NCBI RefSeq assembly: GCF_036321535.1
Contig: NC_087447.1
Span: 40,054,001 to 40,118,000 of the forward strand
Length of the DNA: 64,000 bases
Origin: Camelus dromedarius
Taxonomy: Eukaryota
Reading direction: 5' to 3'
Of the stretch, positions 23,196 to 37,048 are shown piece by piece. The notes under the pieces were generated by a model. It was not told the DNA's origin and ran no database searches. It saw only the letters and a list, made by a program, of their open reading frames with translations. The translations under genes were made by a program, and so were the position numbers. The stretch's first letter is position 1. The number at the start of each line of letters is the position of its first letter.

Positions 23196-24589
23196 ACAAG
23201 CTGAATTTTTTAATCCAGAATAGTATAACTCTCCACTTACTAAAATCTTTAACATGCCTCAAAAAAATAATAAAATAGATGTCTAGATCTCATCAGTTCC
23301 AGGTTTTAGACACCAGAGAAAGGAGAAGTAGTAATTTGGCCAGCTCCACATACTGAAAAGTTCAGAAGACTCTTCTGATCAGAGAAACAGCAGAGAATAA
23401 TGTTTGAGCACCAGGCCCAGGACCATGCAAAGCTGGCATGAAATCCCAGCAGAGCTGTGCGAGCTTCAATGTGTCCTACAACTTTCCGAACTTCAGTGTC
23501 CTCTTCAGAGCGATGAGAATGACTGAATGCCTACCGTGTAGGCATGTAACAAGGAGTAAATGGGATAAGGCGGGTCAAGTCCTTTGCAGAATACTTGAAA
23601 AAGATATGGGATAGATATTCAGTAAACAGCATGATTTTTACTATCACTCACATGATTATTATATTATTCTTATACAAATTAGCATGATTATAACTATTTA
23701 CTAAAATCTACTATTTTCCTGCATATGTGTGTATGTTTGTAGCATGTATCATATACATATGTATACATCTCACATATACAAAATAAATATGCAAATGGGG
23801 CTAGTTTTATTATATTTGCCATCTCTGAGCACATCAATTTTCTGTGTTAGGATGAGGATTAAAACATATGAGAGACTTCTTTTTAATGCTGGCAGGAACA
23901 AATATGTATTAAAAAACTGTTACAGCTAGCCTGGTGCGTGGGCACCCAGTAACTTTGGTTGAACTGAATGTTTGTGCATTAAAAGGACCATCGATTCATG
24001 AGCAGGGAGTAGACCTACCAGGCCTGAGCCCGGATACTGCCAGAGGAGTCTGTGTCCATAACAGAGGTCAGAGACTGTGGCTTAAAAGCAGATGCCTTTC
24101 CAGGGCTTTATGGATCCTTGTCATTCTGTCACCCATTCCCCTGAGGGACCATCACTCTCCTGAAGAAAGCATCCAGTTTTCAGGGTTCAGAACTTCTACA
24201 GATCATCAGTGAAAACGTTGATCTCAATGAGGAAACTTGGTTTGTCTAGAATTCTCTGTAGGATCTAGAATCCTAAAAGATCTTCCTCCTTTCATCCTTG
24301 GAAGGAAATTTTGGCTCTCAGAACTCAAACTTATTCCGTTTCGTATCATTTCTATTGCTAGCAGATGACTTCCAGATTGACTGCCAACCACTGCAAACAG
24401 AGGTTCTAGGCCATTTGGGTGGCGGAACCACTCCTTCAAGCTGCTAGGACCTTTCTGGGAAGGCTGGTAGGGAGGGGCGTGGTGGTGATCACTGGTAGTT
24501 GTTATCCAGAAATTTTCTAACTCAATCTATGTGGAACGTCAGTCATTCATTTAATAAATATCTCTTGAGCTTCCATTATACTAACCTAC

Positions 24590-24790
24590 ATAATAAATGC
24601 CAGCATTTATTGAGTACTAGGTGCCAGACACTGTACTGATTACTTCACATGTATCATTTATTCTTCAAACTACACTTACGTTACAAATAAGGAAATCAGA
24701 ACTCAGAGAAATTAAATCACTTGCCCAAGATGACACAGTCAGTAATCGGCAGAGCCGGCAGGGAAGCCCCAGTAACCTGAATCCAGCATC
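24590..24790 (-). mobile_element. MIR SINE
   Basis: catttattgagtactaggtgccagacactg...ctcagagaaattaaatcacttgcccaagatgacacag. Confidence 0.8.
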
Positions 24791-25855
24791 CACACTTCCA
24801 TCCAATTTATCCCACCTTCCCTGTGCCAGATACTGTGCAGGCACAGTAAGGGCCTCTGCTTTATAAAAAAAATATCAGCGTTTTCCCCTAAATTAAGACC
24901 ATTCAAACAATTTCCTTGAGGGATGCTTCGATGCCATCTCAGCACTTCCCAGGAGCAAAGCTGGCACTTCCCCAACTGCTTTATCAAGAGTCAGCAAAAC
25001 AGAACCTAGAGGAGGAAAGAAAGTCCTTTCCTGCCTTTTCTTAAAAGATGTTGACATAGAAAAAAGAAGGGTGATTGATGAAAAAATGCTCATATAGCCT
25101 TCTGATGCACCGGGCACAGTTCTCACATCCTCAGGGATGGTCATGACAATACAGAGAGGAAAGAGGCTGAGGGCTAAGGAAGAAAAAGGACAGAAAAGGG
25201 GGGAAACCTGGCAGGACAAAAGACAAGCTGCCTGTCCCATCCCTCAGATCCAGCTGCTAATAAGAAGCGGTGTAGAGCAGAGGTAAGAGGCGAGAGTGCA
25301 TATCCCATCTCCCGTTTCTTGTGCAAAGATTCGTTTGAGCTGATGCAGGCTCTGTGACACATGGCTGAGGACACACCTTGGATGGGATAGAAGAGATAAA
25401 GAAACCAGAGAGGAAAAAACTCCCCTTGTTCCTTCAGTGTGAGTCCCTGGGAAGTCATAAAGAAGGGAGCTTTTTGCCAGCTTCTCTTCCTACAGAGTGG
25501 GCCATATCAGAAGCCAGGTGAACTGGGCAGGCTCTCCCACGCTGCAAGCTTATGTGATGACTGACTCTGTCCTGGGCCAGCAGGAGGACAAGGAGTGGTC
25601 TGTGAGGCTTGCCCTCAATATCGTGGTCTTGCTACTTCCATGTGTTTGGGGCCACTCCATTCTTTTAGTCTCCACAAGTGTCAGGATGGGGGCCTCTTCC
25701 TCATCTGAATACAGAATTAACTCAGGGTCACTCAAGGGGATGAGAGGGTGTGTAAGGAGACCCCCAGCAATCAACACGATACGTAGAATTCATTTGTGGT
25801 GAGTGCAGAGCTAATCAGAGACGCACACAGTTAGAAACTAGAACTCTCTACGTAT

Positions 25856-25903
<48 letters not shown>
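25856..25903 (+). repeat. (TC)n(CA)n compound microsatellite
   Basis: Read directly from the sequence. Confidence 0.95.
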
Positions 25904-26846
25904 CCATGTCCCAGCTCCCTCCTGACTTGCTCCAAGCTGGGCCACTGGGACCTGGAACCCCTGAGTGACTTGAGATGATGCCAAAGCTCCTAGTGCCAGA
26001 TATGGAAAAGTTGAGTTTAAGTAAATAAATTTGGTCCTCTCTCTTTCTCCTCAGATCCTCACTGCTCCAAAAAATAAACACTGCCAGAGCAGTGAACTGC
26101 TTCTCTGTCTGCTGGGGAAGCACATTAGGTCCAGCCATTCAGCCCTTCCAGCCCCAGTGGATAAAGAAAACAATGGCAAGGTTTGGTCATGGGATGCGTG
26201 TCTCCGTATACGTGACATGCGGACACATTTAAAGACATGTAACGACGTTTGTGTTTTCTAATCCACAGATATGGGATGTGTTTAAAGGGCTCTCTAGAAA
26301 TTAATGTTCATTAAACAAAGAGAAGTGACATTCCCCCCGCTGGCTCATGGTTAGTCAGTGGGGATCCTTGGAGCAAACAGGTCTAGATGCAATTGCATGG
26401 TTCATTTCGTATATCTGATTAGAATAAACATAACATTTTCCATGCAATCTGCCTCTAGTGCTTCTTAAATGAAGCTGTGCTTCCCCCAGGGAAATACACA
26501 TCTGCTTGTTGTAATTTTTTCGATGGTTTGCTTGTTGGATCACATATTAAACCCACTTTAAGAGCTGCAGTCACCAAATGGTTTCAAGTAAATATGTCTG
26601 GTTTCTTCCCCCTTCCCATTTTACATCTCTGAGAAAGGCAAGCTTCAAAAAGTTTAAATATATATCCATATATATAAAGACAATTCTTAGGGTGTTCCAG
26701 GTAAAAGGAAAGGTTGCTGTCAGATGCAATGAAACGTGATCCTCCCAATGAAACTGCCGCAGCTGGAGCCCACATTGGGTCTGAGATCTGGACGGTAAAC
26801 GGCCCCCGCAAGCCAAGGGCCCCTTTGGTTTGCCAAATGTTGTTAC

Positions 26847-26962
26847 CTTTGACCGCAAGGAAGGCTGGGGTTCAAATTCTTCATCTGCAGAGGAGGTGGT
26901 GGTGGAAGAGGCAGAAGAGGCAGCCCCTGTCACCTGCATGCTGGTGTGGATGTGCTTGGGAC
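26847..26962 (-). CDS. MICAL2: MICAL2/MICALCL exon, 116 nt, (S)PKHIHTSMQVTGAASSASSTTTSSADEEFEPQPSLRSK
   Basis: Acceptor tctgttaccatttcag|GTCCC and donor AAG|gtaaca; phase 1 to 0; SSADEEF motif. Confidence 0.9.
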
Positions 26963-29900
26963 CTGAAATGGTAACAGAAGAGCTCACTAAACTCTTGGCT
27001 TCTTCTCCTACTTCATGACCCAAAGCTGCCTCTCCCTCCTCCCTGCTGCCCCCATTCTCTCCCTCTTGGCCTTCCCCTTACTGCACCTGCCTCGAGCATG
27101 AGGAAGCAGTACCTAAGGGCAACTGAAAATTTGGCCCTCCATGTTAATTACATTTCTGGGTCCCTGCCAAGAGCTTTGTAGCTCTCTTTTCATGTTGGGG
27201 GAAAAAAAGGTATTATGCAGAAATCAATTAATTCCTTAAACACCATTTATATGGTGTGTTGCTTAGAATGCATTCAGAGATGAAATCTATTATTAAAATG
27301 CATGTCTGAAGTTAGCTGAGTTACCTAAATGCTTGTGTAAGGTTCGTTCTGCAGAGTAATTGAATGCAAAAAAGTCGGAGCCAGCTCTTAAACAAATCGC
27401 CCTTCTGTGGCTCAGAGCATCTGGCACCCATTTTTACTACATGACATCTGCTCAGTGTAAAAGGGCTGGCGTCAGAATGTCTGGTCATAGAAAAAAAATC
27501 CCAAATGTAATCAGAAGCAAAAGGACTCTAAGCCTAAGGTTTTATCACATAGTCTCATGCAACATAAATATTTCATTAATTATGGCTAAACAAATGCCAC
27601 TTTTATTTTCCCAACTTGCAGATATTATCACATCATCGAAGTGTTGATTCAAATGCCAGGAAAGGAGGTTTAATATAGGGAGGACTCCACAATTCAGGGC
27701 CCACGGGAGAGTGAAGTCGAGGGGAGATGCCAACCCTTGAACAAGAGGTAGATGGTCAGAGGCAGCAAAGTGCCCCTGCTCGCTTGGATCTCTTTGTGAT
27801 CAGGCTGGGGACCACGTGTGATAAAGTCTTCCAGGTGCCACAGGAGACTTTTATTCTTCTCAGCAAGAACATCTGCCCCTACACATCAACCTGATGCAGA
27901 GTTAATGATTAATATCTGGATTAACCCTCCCTGAACACTGAATATCAGAACCATGCAGGGCTCCGTGATAGGAAATTTTCTAATCTTTACTCTGCCGTGG
28001 CAGCTTCTATCTGAAGAGAAATATATGCTGGGTGGGGAGGAAGGAGGAGAAACAATTCCAAGCTGACTAACCTTCTCTCCAGCCTGCCTTTTCTTCCCCA
28101 TAATTTTTGACTATTCACCCTGGTGGGAGAGGCCAAGTTTTAAAAAATAGGGGTAATTTTAACCTCCAGGAGCACATTTACATATGCTGTTATTCGAAGC
28201 AAAATAATGCAAAACATCTATATAATAACACAGCCTCTCTGGGGAGGGAGTTAACTGTTTTCCACTTTAATTTGCCAGATGGGAAAGCTCAGGTGAAAAT
28301 AGAATCAGGGAGCAGCATAATAATGGATGGAGGCATTGTTAGCGGGGAGCTGAGATTGTTTCCCAGCTCCAGCCACTAAATTACCACTGAGTGCTCCAGT
28401 CACTGAGTATTCACTTCTTAGTGTGTAAGCTTGAGGAACTAACTTTACCTCCTGAGCTTCTGGAGATCATGATTTCTGACCTGCAGAACTGCTGTGGAAG
28501 AGTAAAGATAATCAATGTAAAGAGCCTAACACAGCGCCTGGCTCCTTGCAGGTGCTTAGACAAATGTCGTCATCGTCAGCATCATCAGCTGCTTCTCCCT
28601 GACGATGAAGCAGCAGCCGTTGCTTCATCATCATCACTGATGCATGTTAACAATATGTGATATTAATAAGGCTGCCTAATTAACTCTCATTTTATGGAGG
28701 AAGTATAATAGCCTACATTTGAAACTTTTTCTGTCAAAAATAAATCGAGTATTTCCACTGAATTATATTTTGAAATTGAGGAGACAGTGTTTTCAAACAT
28801 AACGCGTTCCTTAAACTTCTGCCAAAGTTACGCAGAGTTAAATAGTTACCCCTGAATCTCTTCCCCTTTACTCTCTTCCATCATAGAACCATTCATTCTA
28901 GTTTACTTTTCATTTGCAAGTTTAAAAAACTTGGCAGCACTGTTTCACTCGGGCTGTAATGGATTGACTGATTCTGGGATTGATCTCCCACCACAAAGCC
29001 CTAGAAGTCAGGGCAGATATATATATGAAGCAGGTGTTTCCAGACATTGGACAAGAGGCAGTGCAGAACTGTGAAAAAGGTGGGAGCAGAAGCAAATGAG
29101 GTAAGCCCTGTGGTCACAGTAACTTTCTGCCTACAGGCACTTTCCACACTACAGTGCAGGTAGGAGGAAGCGAAACAGAGCATAGCCGATTCAGTGAGTT
29201 GGAAAGACAGAAATCAACGTCTGAGTGGACTGAGGCCATTGGAAGATACGAGGAAGAATACTTGGGAGGAGAGAGCTATGCAGAAAAAGGACTTCAGAAA
29301 TAAGCATAGAAGTCAACTTGAATCTATTGCTTAATAGTAAACTATAGACACATAGAGAGAAACTGCATGAGGTTGGGCAGATAATGTCTGGCAAGTTACA
29401 GGGTAAATAATCTCTAAAGCTTTTATAAGACTGGGAAATGTTCAAGCTTTCCCCAACTAGGGTAGAGCAAACATTGGAGGCATTAGAGTGGAGACCATAG
29501 AAGAGCTTCACATTAGTAATAGGGACAAATTAGCTCTAGAAAAGAGGTTATTACAGACTCACCTGAATAAGCTTAAAAACAAGCCTTGAAAGAAACAAAT
29601 TGATCTGCAAGTCAATTGACTACCTGCCAAACATTCTTTAATGTCTATTTAACATTTTTAAAATAAAGAAACAAAATCTGGATACTCTACAATGTGATAT
29701 TCACAAAATCTAGCAGCCAGTAAACAATCACTAGATACACAAAAATGCAGGACAAGTCTGATAATCAAGAGACAAATCAGTCAATAAAAGCAGACTCAGA
29801 AATGATGAAATTAGCAGACAAGGCTCTTAAAAAGGGCAATTTAAATGTGCTCAAGAATTTAAAAAGACAATATGAACAGAATGAGGACAGAAGCAATAAA

Positions 29901-30720
29901 AAAAAATTTTAAAAAGCACCAAATAGAACCTGTAAGGATGAAAAATACAAAATCTGAAATAAAAGTTTCATTGCATCAGTTTAACAATAGCTTACATACT
30001 GCAGAGGAAAATACTGAGTGAAATTAAATAATAGTGATAAAAAACTATCCAAAATGAAGCACAGAGGAAAAAAGACTAATACAATGAATAGAAACTTAGT
30101 GACCCATGGGATAATATCAATGGTCTAAAATACATGTGATTGCAGTGCCAGGAGCTAGAGGGAGACAGGAACAGAAAAAGTAGCCAACATAATGTTGCTG
30201 AAATCATGCAAATTTAATGAAAAGTATAAATCCACAGTTTCAAGTAGCTCAAAAAATCACAAGCAGGTTAAACACAAAGAAAATCATAGCAAAGCTCATG
30301 AGAATAAAATTGCCAAAACCCAGATAGAAATAAAATCTTAAAAGCAGACAAAGAAAAATGATACACTGCATATAGAGAAACAAAGATAAGAATGTCCACG
30401 GGCACCTCATCAGAACATAAATAAGCCAAGAAACAACAGAACATCATTAAAATGCTGAAAGAAAAACAACAACAACAAAAATCTGTCAATTTATGATTCC
30501 ATGTCCAGTGAAATGATCCATTCAAAATGAAGCAAAAAAAAAAAAAAGCTTTTATTTTAAGAGAAAAAAAGCTAGGATAATTTGTTAGCCAACATGCATA
30601 CAGAAAATGTTAAAAGAAGTTTTGCAGCAGAAGGAATATACCAGATGGAATTGAAGAGACGGTAAATCTAAAACAATTTTTCTTTGTAGTTTCAAACTTT
30701 TTAAAAAGGCAATTGACTAA

Positions 30721-31900
30721 TGTAAGCTAGTGTAAAATAATAAGAAATATATCTATAGATCTTCCTCAATTTACAATGGGGTCACATCCCAATAAATCCC
30801 TTATAAGTTGAAAATATTGTTAAGTCACAAATGCATTTAATACACCTAACCTACTAAATGTCATATTTTAGCCTAGCCTACCTTAAACATGCTCAGAATA
30901 CTCACATTAGCCTACAGTTGGGAAAAGTCATCTAACATAAAGCCTATTTTATAATAAAGTGTGGATTATCTCATGTAGTTTATTGAATCGTACACTGAAA
31001 GTGAAAAATAGAATGGTTGCCTGGGTACAGAATGGTTGTAAATGTATCAGTTATTCACCCTCATAATCACGTGGCTCATTGGAAGCTGTGGCCTGCTAGA
31101 GAGTATGGTACCACATATCACTAACCTGGGAAAAGATCAAAATTCAAAATATGAAGTATGGTTTCTACAGAATGCATATTGCCTTTGCACCATCATAAAG
31201 TCAAAAAATTGTAAATTGAACCATTGTAAGTCAGGGACTGTCTGCAGTTGGTCTCTATTCCCAGCTTCGGCTAATATTTGGTCTTTGACCCTAATTCCTG
31301 ACACAGAGCACAGAGCTCCTAAAACCCTTACAATTTTTTCTGAGTGAAAGGAGTGTCTGACACAGAGCTCCCAAATCCCTTGGAATTTCCTGAGTGAGAG
31401 GAGTGTCTTTTGTTCTAATGAGGTGACTCTTGGTGGGCTTATGGATGGAGGCTAGTCACTAGGAAGACCAACTTATGATTAGAAGCTCGGAATTTTCAGC
31501 CCTATCCCCCCCCCCCCCCCCCATCGTCTGAAGAAGGTAGAAGGGCTAGAAAATGAGTTAAAATTTTTTCATGTCTACATGATGAAACCTCCATAAAAAT
31601 CCCTAATGCACAGGGTTTGGAAAGCTTCCAAATCTGTGAACACATCCATGTGCTGGGAGGGCGGTGATCCCAGCTCTATGGGGACAGAAGCTCCTATGCT
31701 TGGGACACTTCCAGACTTCACTCTATATATTTCTTCATCAGGCTGTTCATCTGTATCCTTTATCATATCCTTTACAATAAACTAATATGTGTAAGTGTTT
31801 CTCAGAGTCCTATACCATTCTAGTAAATTATTAAACCCAAGGAAGGAATTGTGGGAACCCCTACTTATAACTGGTTAGTCAGAAGTACAAGTGACAACCT
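30721..31900 (+). mobile_element. MER21-like LTR, split by the MER47-like MITE, with an internal ~50-bp tandem duplication (31298-31408)
   Basis: tttggtctttgaccc...cagagctcctaaaaccctt...gggacagaagctcct...aataaact. Confidence 0.75.
30756..31244 (+). mobile_element. Tigger5/MER47-like TcMar MITE
   Basis: Ends tagatcttcctcaatttacaatgggg and ccattgtaagtcagggactgtctg form imperfect TIRs; internal gcctagcctaccttaaac...cattagcctacagttggg matches recalled MER47. Confidence 0.85.
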
Positions 31901-33254
31901 GTAAGGATATAGAAGTTTTGAGCAAACACTACTAACACATTAGACCTAATTGACTGATGTATAACAACAACCCCAATAACTAGAGAATATACGTTATTTT
32001 CCAGAGTACTTGGAACATTTACTGAATTGGTGATATGTCAAGCCATAAAGCAAGTATCAATAAATTTCAAAGGACTGAAGTCATACATAGTATGTCTTCT
32101 GACAACAGTAAGATTAAGCTAGAAATCAGTAATAAAAAATAGAAATTGAAAATCTCAAAATAATTAGAACTTAAGCAATACTTTTTAACAATCTATAGAT
32201 CAAAGAAATAAAAATAAATTTAAATTGATTGATGACCAAAATACGGCATAATAAAAGGACTTGAATGCAGCTAAAGCAATGATTAGAGGGATGTATAAAG
32301 CTTTAAATGTACACATTATGCAAATGAAAAGTTGAAATTAATGCTCTAGGATCCACTTCAAGAAATTAGAAAAAGAACCACCAAATGATCTAATGAAACA
32401 AAAAGGAAGAAAATAATTAAGATTAGAACAAATTATGAAAGACAAAGATGAAGAAATAAAATAGAAAATTAACAAAACAAAATCTTCTTTAAAAAGACAA
32501 ATAAAATTGATGATTCCCCATGAAGAATGACTAAGAAAAAAGGGACAGAAACCACAAATTACTAATATTGGGGATAAGAAGTCCTACAAAGGATTAAAGG
32601 AAGCTATTACATAAACCATTTTATGACCATAAATTAGAAACTTTAGATAAAATGGACAAATTTATTGAAAACATGACTTACCAAAATTGAAACAAGAAAT
32701 AGAAAAATCAGAATAGTTACATATCTATTAAAGCAACTGAATCCATGACTAAAAATTATCCTACAAAAAATTTTCTACATTAGATGACTTTGTGCCCAAA
32801 CGTTAAAAAAAAAAAAAAAAAAAGAACAGCAATATTTTAAAGAACAATTCCAGAGATTAAAGAAAAAGATGGAACACTTCCCAACTTGTGTACAAGGCTA
32901 GCATTACTTTAATACCAAAACCTGACAAGGATATTGCAAGAAAAGAAATTTTCAGATCAATTACTCTCATAGGTATAAAACTACTAAAAGTGATTAGCAA
33001 ATCCAATACAGTATTATATAAAAAGCTAACACATTATAACCAAGTTGGATTTCCTCCAGGAACACAATAATAGTTCAACATTTTCAAATTTATATAAAAA
33101 TTCAATCAATGCAATTCAGCACATCATTGAAGTAAAAATATGGTATCAGTGGATGTAGAAAGTCTTTGAATAAATTTATCATTATTCATGATAAAAACTC
33201 ATAGTAAGCTAGGAATAAAAGGGAACTTCCTTAAACTAATAAAGAGTACCTACA

Positions 33255-34584
33255 TTTCTCTTAAACAGACACATAGATCAATGGAACACAGTGTCCATAA
33301 ATAAACCCATATATATTTGGACAATTAATTTACGATAAAAGAGCAAAGAACATACAATGGAGAAAAGATAGTCTTTTCAATAGTGTTGGAAACTGGACAG
33401 TCACATGCAAAAGGATCAAACCGGACCAGTATCCCCCACCATACACAAAAATAAACTTAAAATGGATTGAAGACTTAAATGCAAGACCTGAAGCCATAAA
33501 ACTACTGGAAGAAAACATAGACAGTATGCTCTTTGACATTGGTCTTAGCAATATCTTTCTGGATCTGTCTCCTCAGGCAAGGGAAACAAAAGCAAAAATA
33601 AACAAATGGGACTGTATCAAACTAAAAAGCTTCTGCACAACATAGGAAACCATCAACAAAACAAAAAAAACCTACTGAATGAGAGAAGATATTTGCAAGT
33701 CACATATCTGATAAGAGTTTAATACCCAAAACATATAAAGAACTCATACAAGAGAAGCTGAATAGACACTTTTCCAAAGAAGACATACAGATGGCCAATA
33801 GGCAAATGAAAAGATGTTCAACATCACTAATTATCAGGGGAATGCAAATGAAAACCACGACGAGATATTACATCACACCCATTGGAATGGCTATTATCAA
33901 AGAGACAGGAAACAAGTGTTGGAAAGGATGTGGAGAAAAGGGAACTCTCATACACTGTGGGTGAGAATGTAAATTGGTACAGCTGCTATGGAAAACAGTA
34001 GGGCAATTCCTTGAAAAATTAAGAACAGAACTATCATATGATCCAGCTATTCGACTTCTGGGTATTTATCTGAAGAAAACAAAAACTAACTTGAAAAGAT
34101 ATATGCACCCCTATGTTCATCACAATATTATTTACAATAACCAAGATATGGAAACAACCTAACTGCCTATCAAGGGATGAACGGATAAAGAAGATATGAA
34201 ATATATATATATGATGGAATACTCCTCAGCCATATAAAAGGATGAAATCTTGCTGTTTGTGACAGCATGGATGGATCTTGAGGTATTATGCTGAGTGAAA
34301 TGAGTGAGATAGAAAAAGACAAATACCATATGATTTTACTCATATGTGGAATATAAAAATAAATAAATGAAAAACTGAAACCAAAAATAACATATAGATA
34401 CAGAAAACAAGAGTAGTAGCTACCAGAGGGGAAGGGGGTAGGATGAGGGCAAAACTGGTAAAGGGGATCAACTGTATGGTAATGGATGGAAACTAAACTT
34501 TTGGTGGTAAGCACAATGTAGTGCATACAGACATCAAAATATTGCACACATAAAACTAAATAATGTTATAAACCAATAAAAAAG
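33255..34584 (+). mobile_element. 5'-truncated younger L1 (ORF2 3' third plus 3'UTR) with a perfect 13-bp TSD
   Basis: aagagtacctaca at 33242-33254 and 34585-34597; the internal sequence is an L1 ORF2 C-terminus (ORF 33974: VQLLWKTVGQFL...LSYDPAIRLLGIY). Confidence 0.92.
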
Positions 34585-35828
34585 AAGAGTACCTACAAAA
34601 ATAATCTACAGCAACCACTGAATGTGGTGAAATATAAGCCCTCAGATATTAGCTTTACAAACCATGATGTGCCCTCTTACCACTTCTATTTCACATTGTG
34701 TAGGAGGTCCCGGGCAGTACAATAAGGAAAGAAAATTAAGTAAAAGGTATACAAACTAGAAAGGAAGATATCAAACTGTCTTTATTTGCAGACAAAATGA
34801 TTATCTATGCAGAGTATCTCACAGAAAAAGCTACTAGAATAATAAGTGAGTTTAGCAAGGACAATATAAAAAGTCAATTGTGTTTCTATACATTAACAAT
34901 GAAGAACTGAAAATCAAAATTAAGAAAGACATTCCATTTACAATAGCAACAACCAAAAAAAGAAATTCTAAAGTGATACAAAATATGTGTAGGACCTACA
35001 CACTGAAAACTAAGAAAACCTACATAAATTGAGAGATATTCCATTTCCATGGATTGAAAGACTCAGTAGGTATCCATTTTTCCCAAATTGATCTATAGAT
35101 TAAAAGCAATCTCAGTCAAAATTCCAGCTGGCTTATTTGGTAGAAATTAAAAAGCTAAATTTAAAATTTATATGGAAACACAGAAGACTTACTAGTCTAG
35201 CCAAAATAATTTTTAAGAACAAAATTTGAGGACTCCTACTACCTGTTTACAAGACTTACTATAAAGCTACCAAGATCAGGAGAGCATGCTGTTGGTGTCA
35301 GGTAAACACATAGTTCAACGGAACAGATTAGAGAGCACAGAGATTAAACCCACATATGTACAGTCAACTGATTACCTATAAAGATGCCACAGTCATTCAG
35401 TGGGGGAAGAAGAGTCTTTTTAACAAGTAGTGCTGTAATAATTGGCTATCTACAGGCAAAAAAACCCTTGACTTCTATTTACTATAAAAATTAATTAAAA
35501 TTGGATTATAGACTCAAGCCTCAAAGCTAAAAGCTGTAAAACTGAAAAAACAGGAGAAAGTCTTAGTGACTTTGGGTTTAGAAAGATTTCTTAGAAATAA
35601 CTCAAATTATTTTAAAAAAATTTAAGTTTGACTTCATCAAATTAAAATCTTCTATTCTTTGGATGATGATGAAACTGATGAGACAGTCTACTAAGTGGGA
35701 GGGAATATTTGCAAGCACACAGATAAAGGACTCACATCCATAACTGTTAAGAACTCTGATTAAATAGAAGGCTTTAGTATGTTCTTAGAAGACTCAGTAT
35801 TCTCAAGTAATCAAATGTCTCTAATCAT

Positions 35829-35966
35829 TTTGTTTGTTTGTTTTGGGGGGGGAGTAATTTATTTATTTAATTAATTTATATATATTTTAGTGGAGGTACA
35901 AGGGATTGAACCCAGGACCTCGTGCATGCTAAGCATGCATTCTTCCACTTCAGCTATACCCTCCCC
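35829..35966 (-). mobile_element. tRNA-Ala-derived camelid SINE (Vic-1-like)
   Basis: gggattgaacccaggacctcgtgcatgctaagcatg...agctataccctcccc. Confidence 0.88.
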
Positions 35967-36600
35967 GCCAAAATTAATCAATTTAAAACTGTATCATTTA
36001 TAACTGCACACAAAAAAATTAAATACCAGGGAATATATGTAATGAAAATCATACAAAGCACTGACAGAAATTGCAGAAGTCCTCAGGGATGTATCATGTC
36101 CATGGATTTGAAGACTTAATATTGCAAAGCTATTAATTCTCTCCAATTTTATCTAGAGAGTCAATGTAATACCAGTCATATGTCCAGAAAATATTTTTGT
36201 GGAAATTGATGAATTGATCCTGTAAGTCATATGGAAATGCAAAAGGCCAAGAATATCCAAACAATCTTGAAGAAAAACAAAGTAGAGGATTTACTTCAGA
36301 CTGTGAAGACTTACTATAAAACCACATAATGAAAGCAGTGTGATTCAGGTGCAAGGACAGACAAACCAACCAGTGGAAGAGAATAGGAGGTTCAAAAACA
36401 AACCAGCCTAATTTATGACAAAAGTGTCACTACAATGAAGTGGGGAGAAAGGATGATCTTTTTATTTAGTGCTGCTAAATCAACTGGATAACAACATGGA
36501 AAAAAAACAACCCTCACCCTACCTCACAGAATACACAAAAATCTATCCTACATTGGTTGTAGACTTAATTGGGAAAGGTGAAATAATAAAGCTTCTTTAA

Positions 36601-37048
36601 CAGTGTTGTACAATAGAAATACAATATGAGCCACATAGGCCATTTAAAAATTTCTAGCAGCCAGATTAAAAAATGTAAAAACAAACAAACAAAAATGTAA
36701 AAATAAAACAAAATTAGTCTTAATCATATATTTAGCTCAAATTACAAAATATTATCATTTAAACATGTAATCAATATAAAAATATTAATGAGATATTTTA
36801 TATTATTTCCTTTATACAAGGTCTTCAGAATCTGGTGCGTATTTTACACTTACAGCACATCTTGGCTTAGATAATAAAATTTTAATGTTTAAAGTGAAAT
36901 ATAATTCTATCTAAAGAAAAAAAAATTTATACTGCTTCAGTTTTAAAATTCAAATTCGTTAACATTAAATAAAATTAAAAATTCAGTTCCTCACTCACAC
37001 TAGCTACATCTCAAGTGTGAAATAGTGCCTACCATATTGGAAGCACAG
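36601..37048. mobile_element. hAT-Charlie MITE (MER33/MER3-like)
   Basis: cagtgttgtacaatagaaatacaatatgagccaca...ccatattggaagcacag; degenerate 8-bp TSD ttctttaa/ttctagaa typical of Charlie. Confidence 0.8.
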
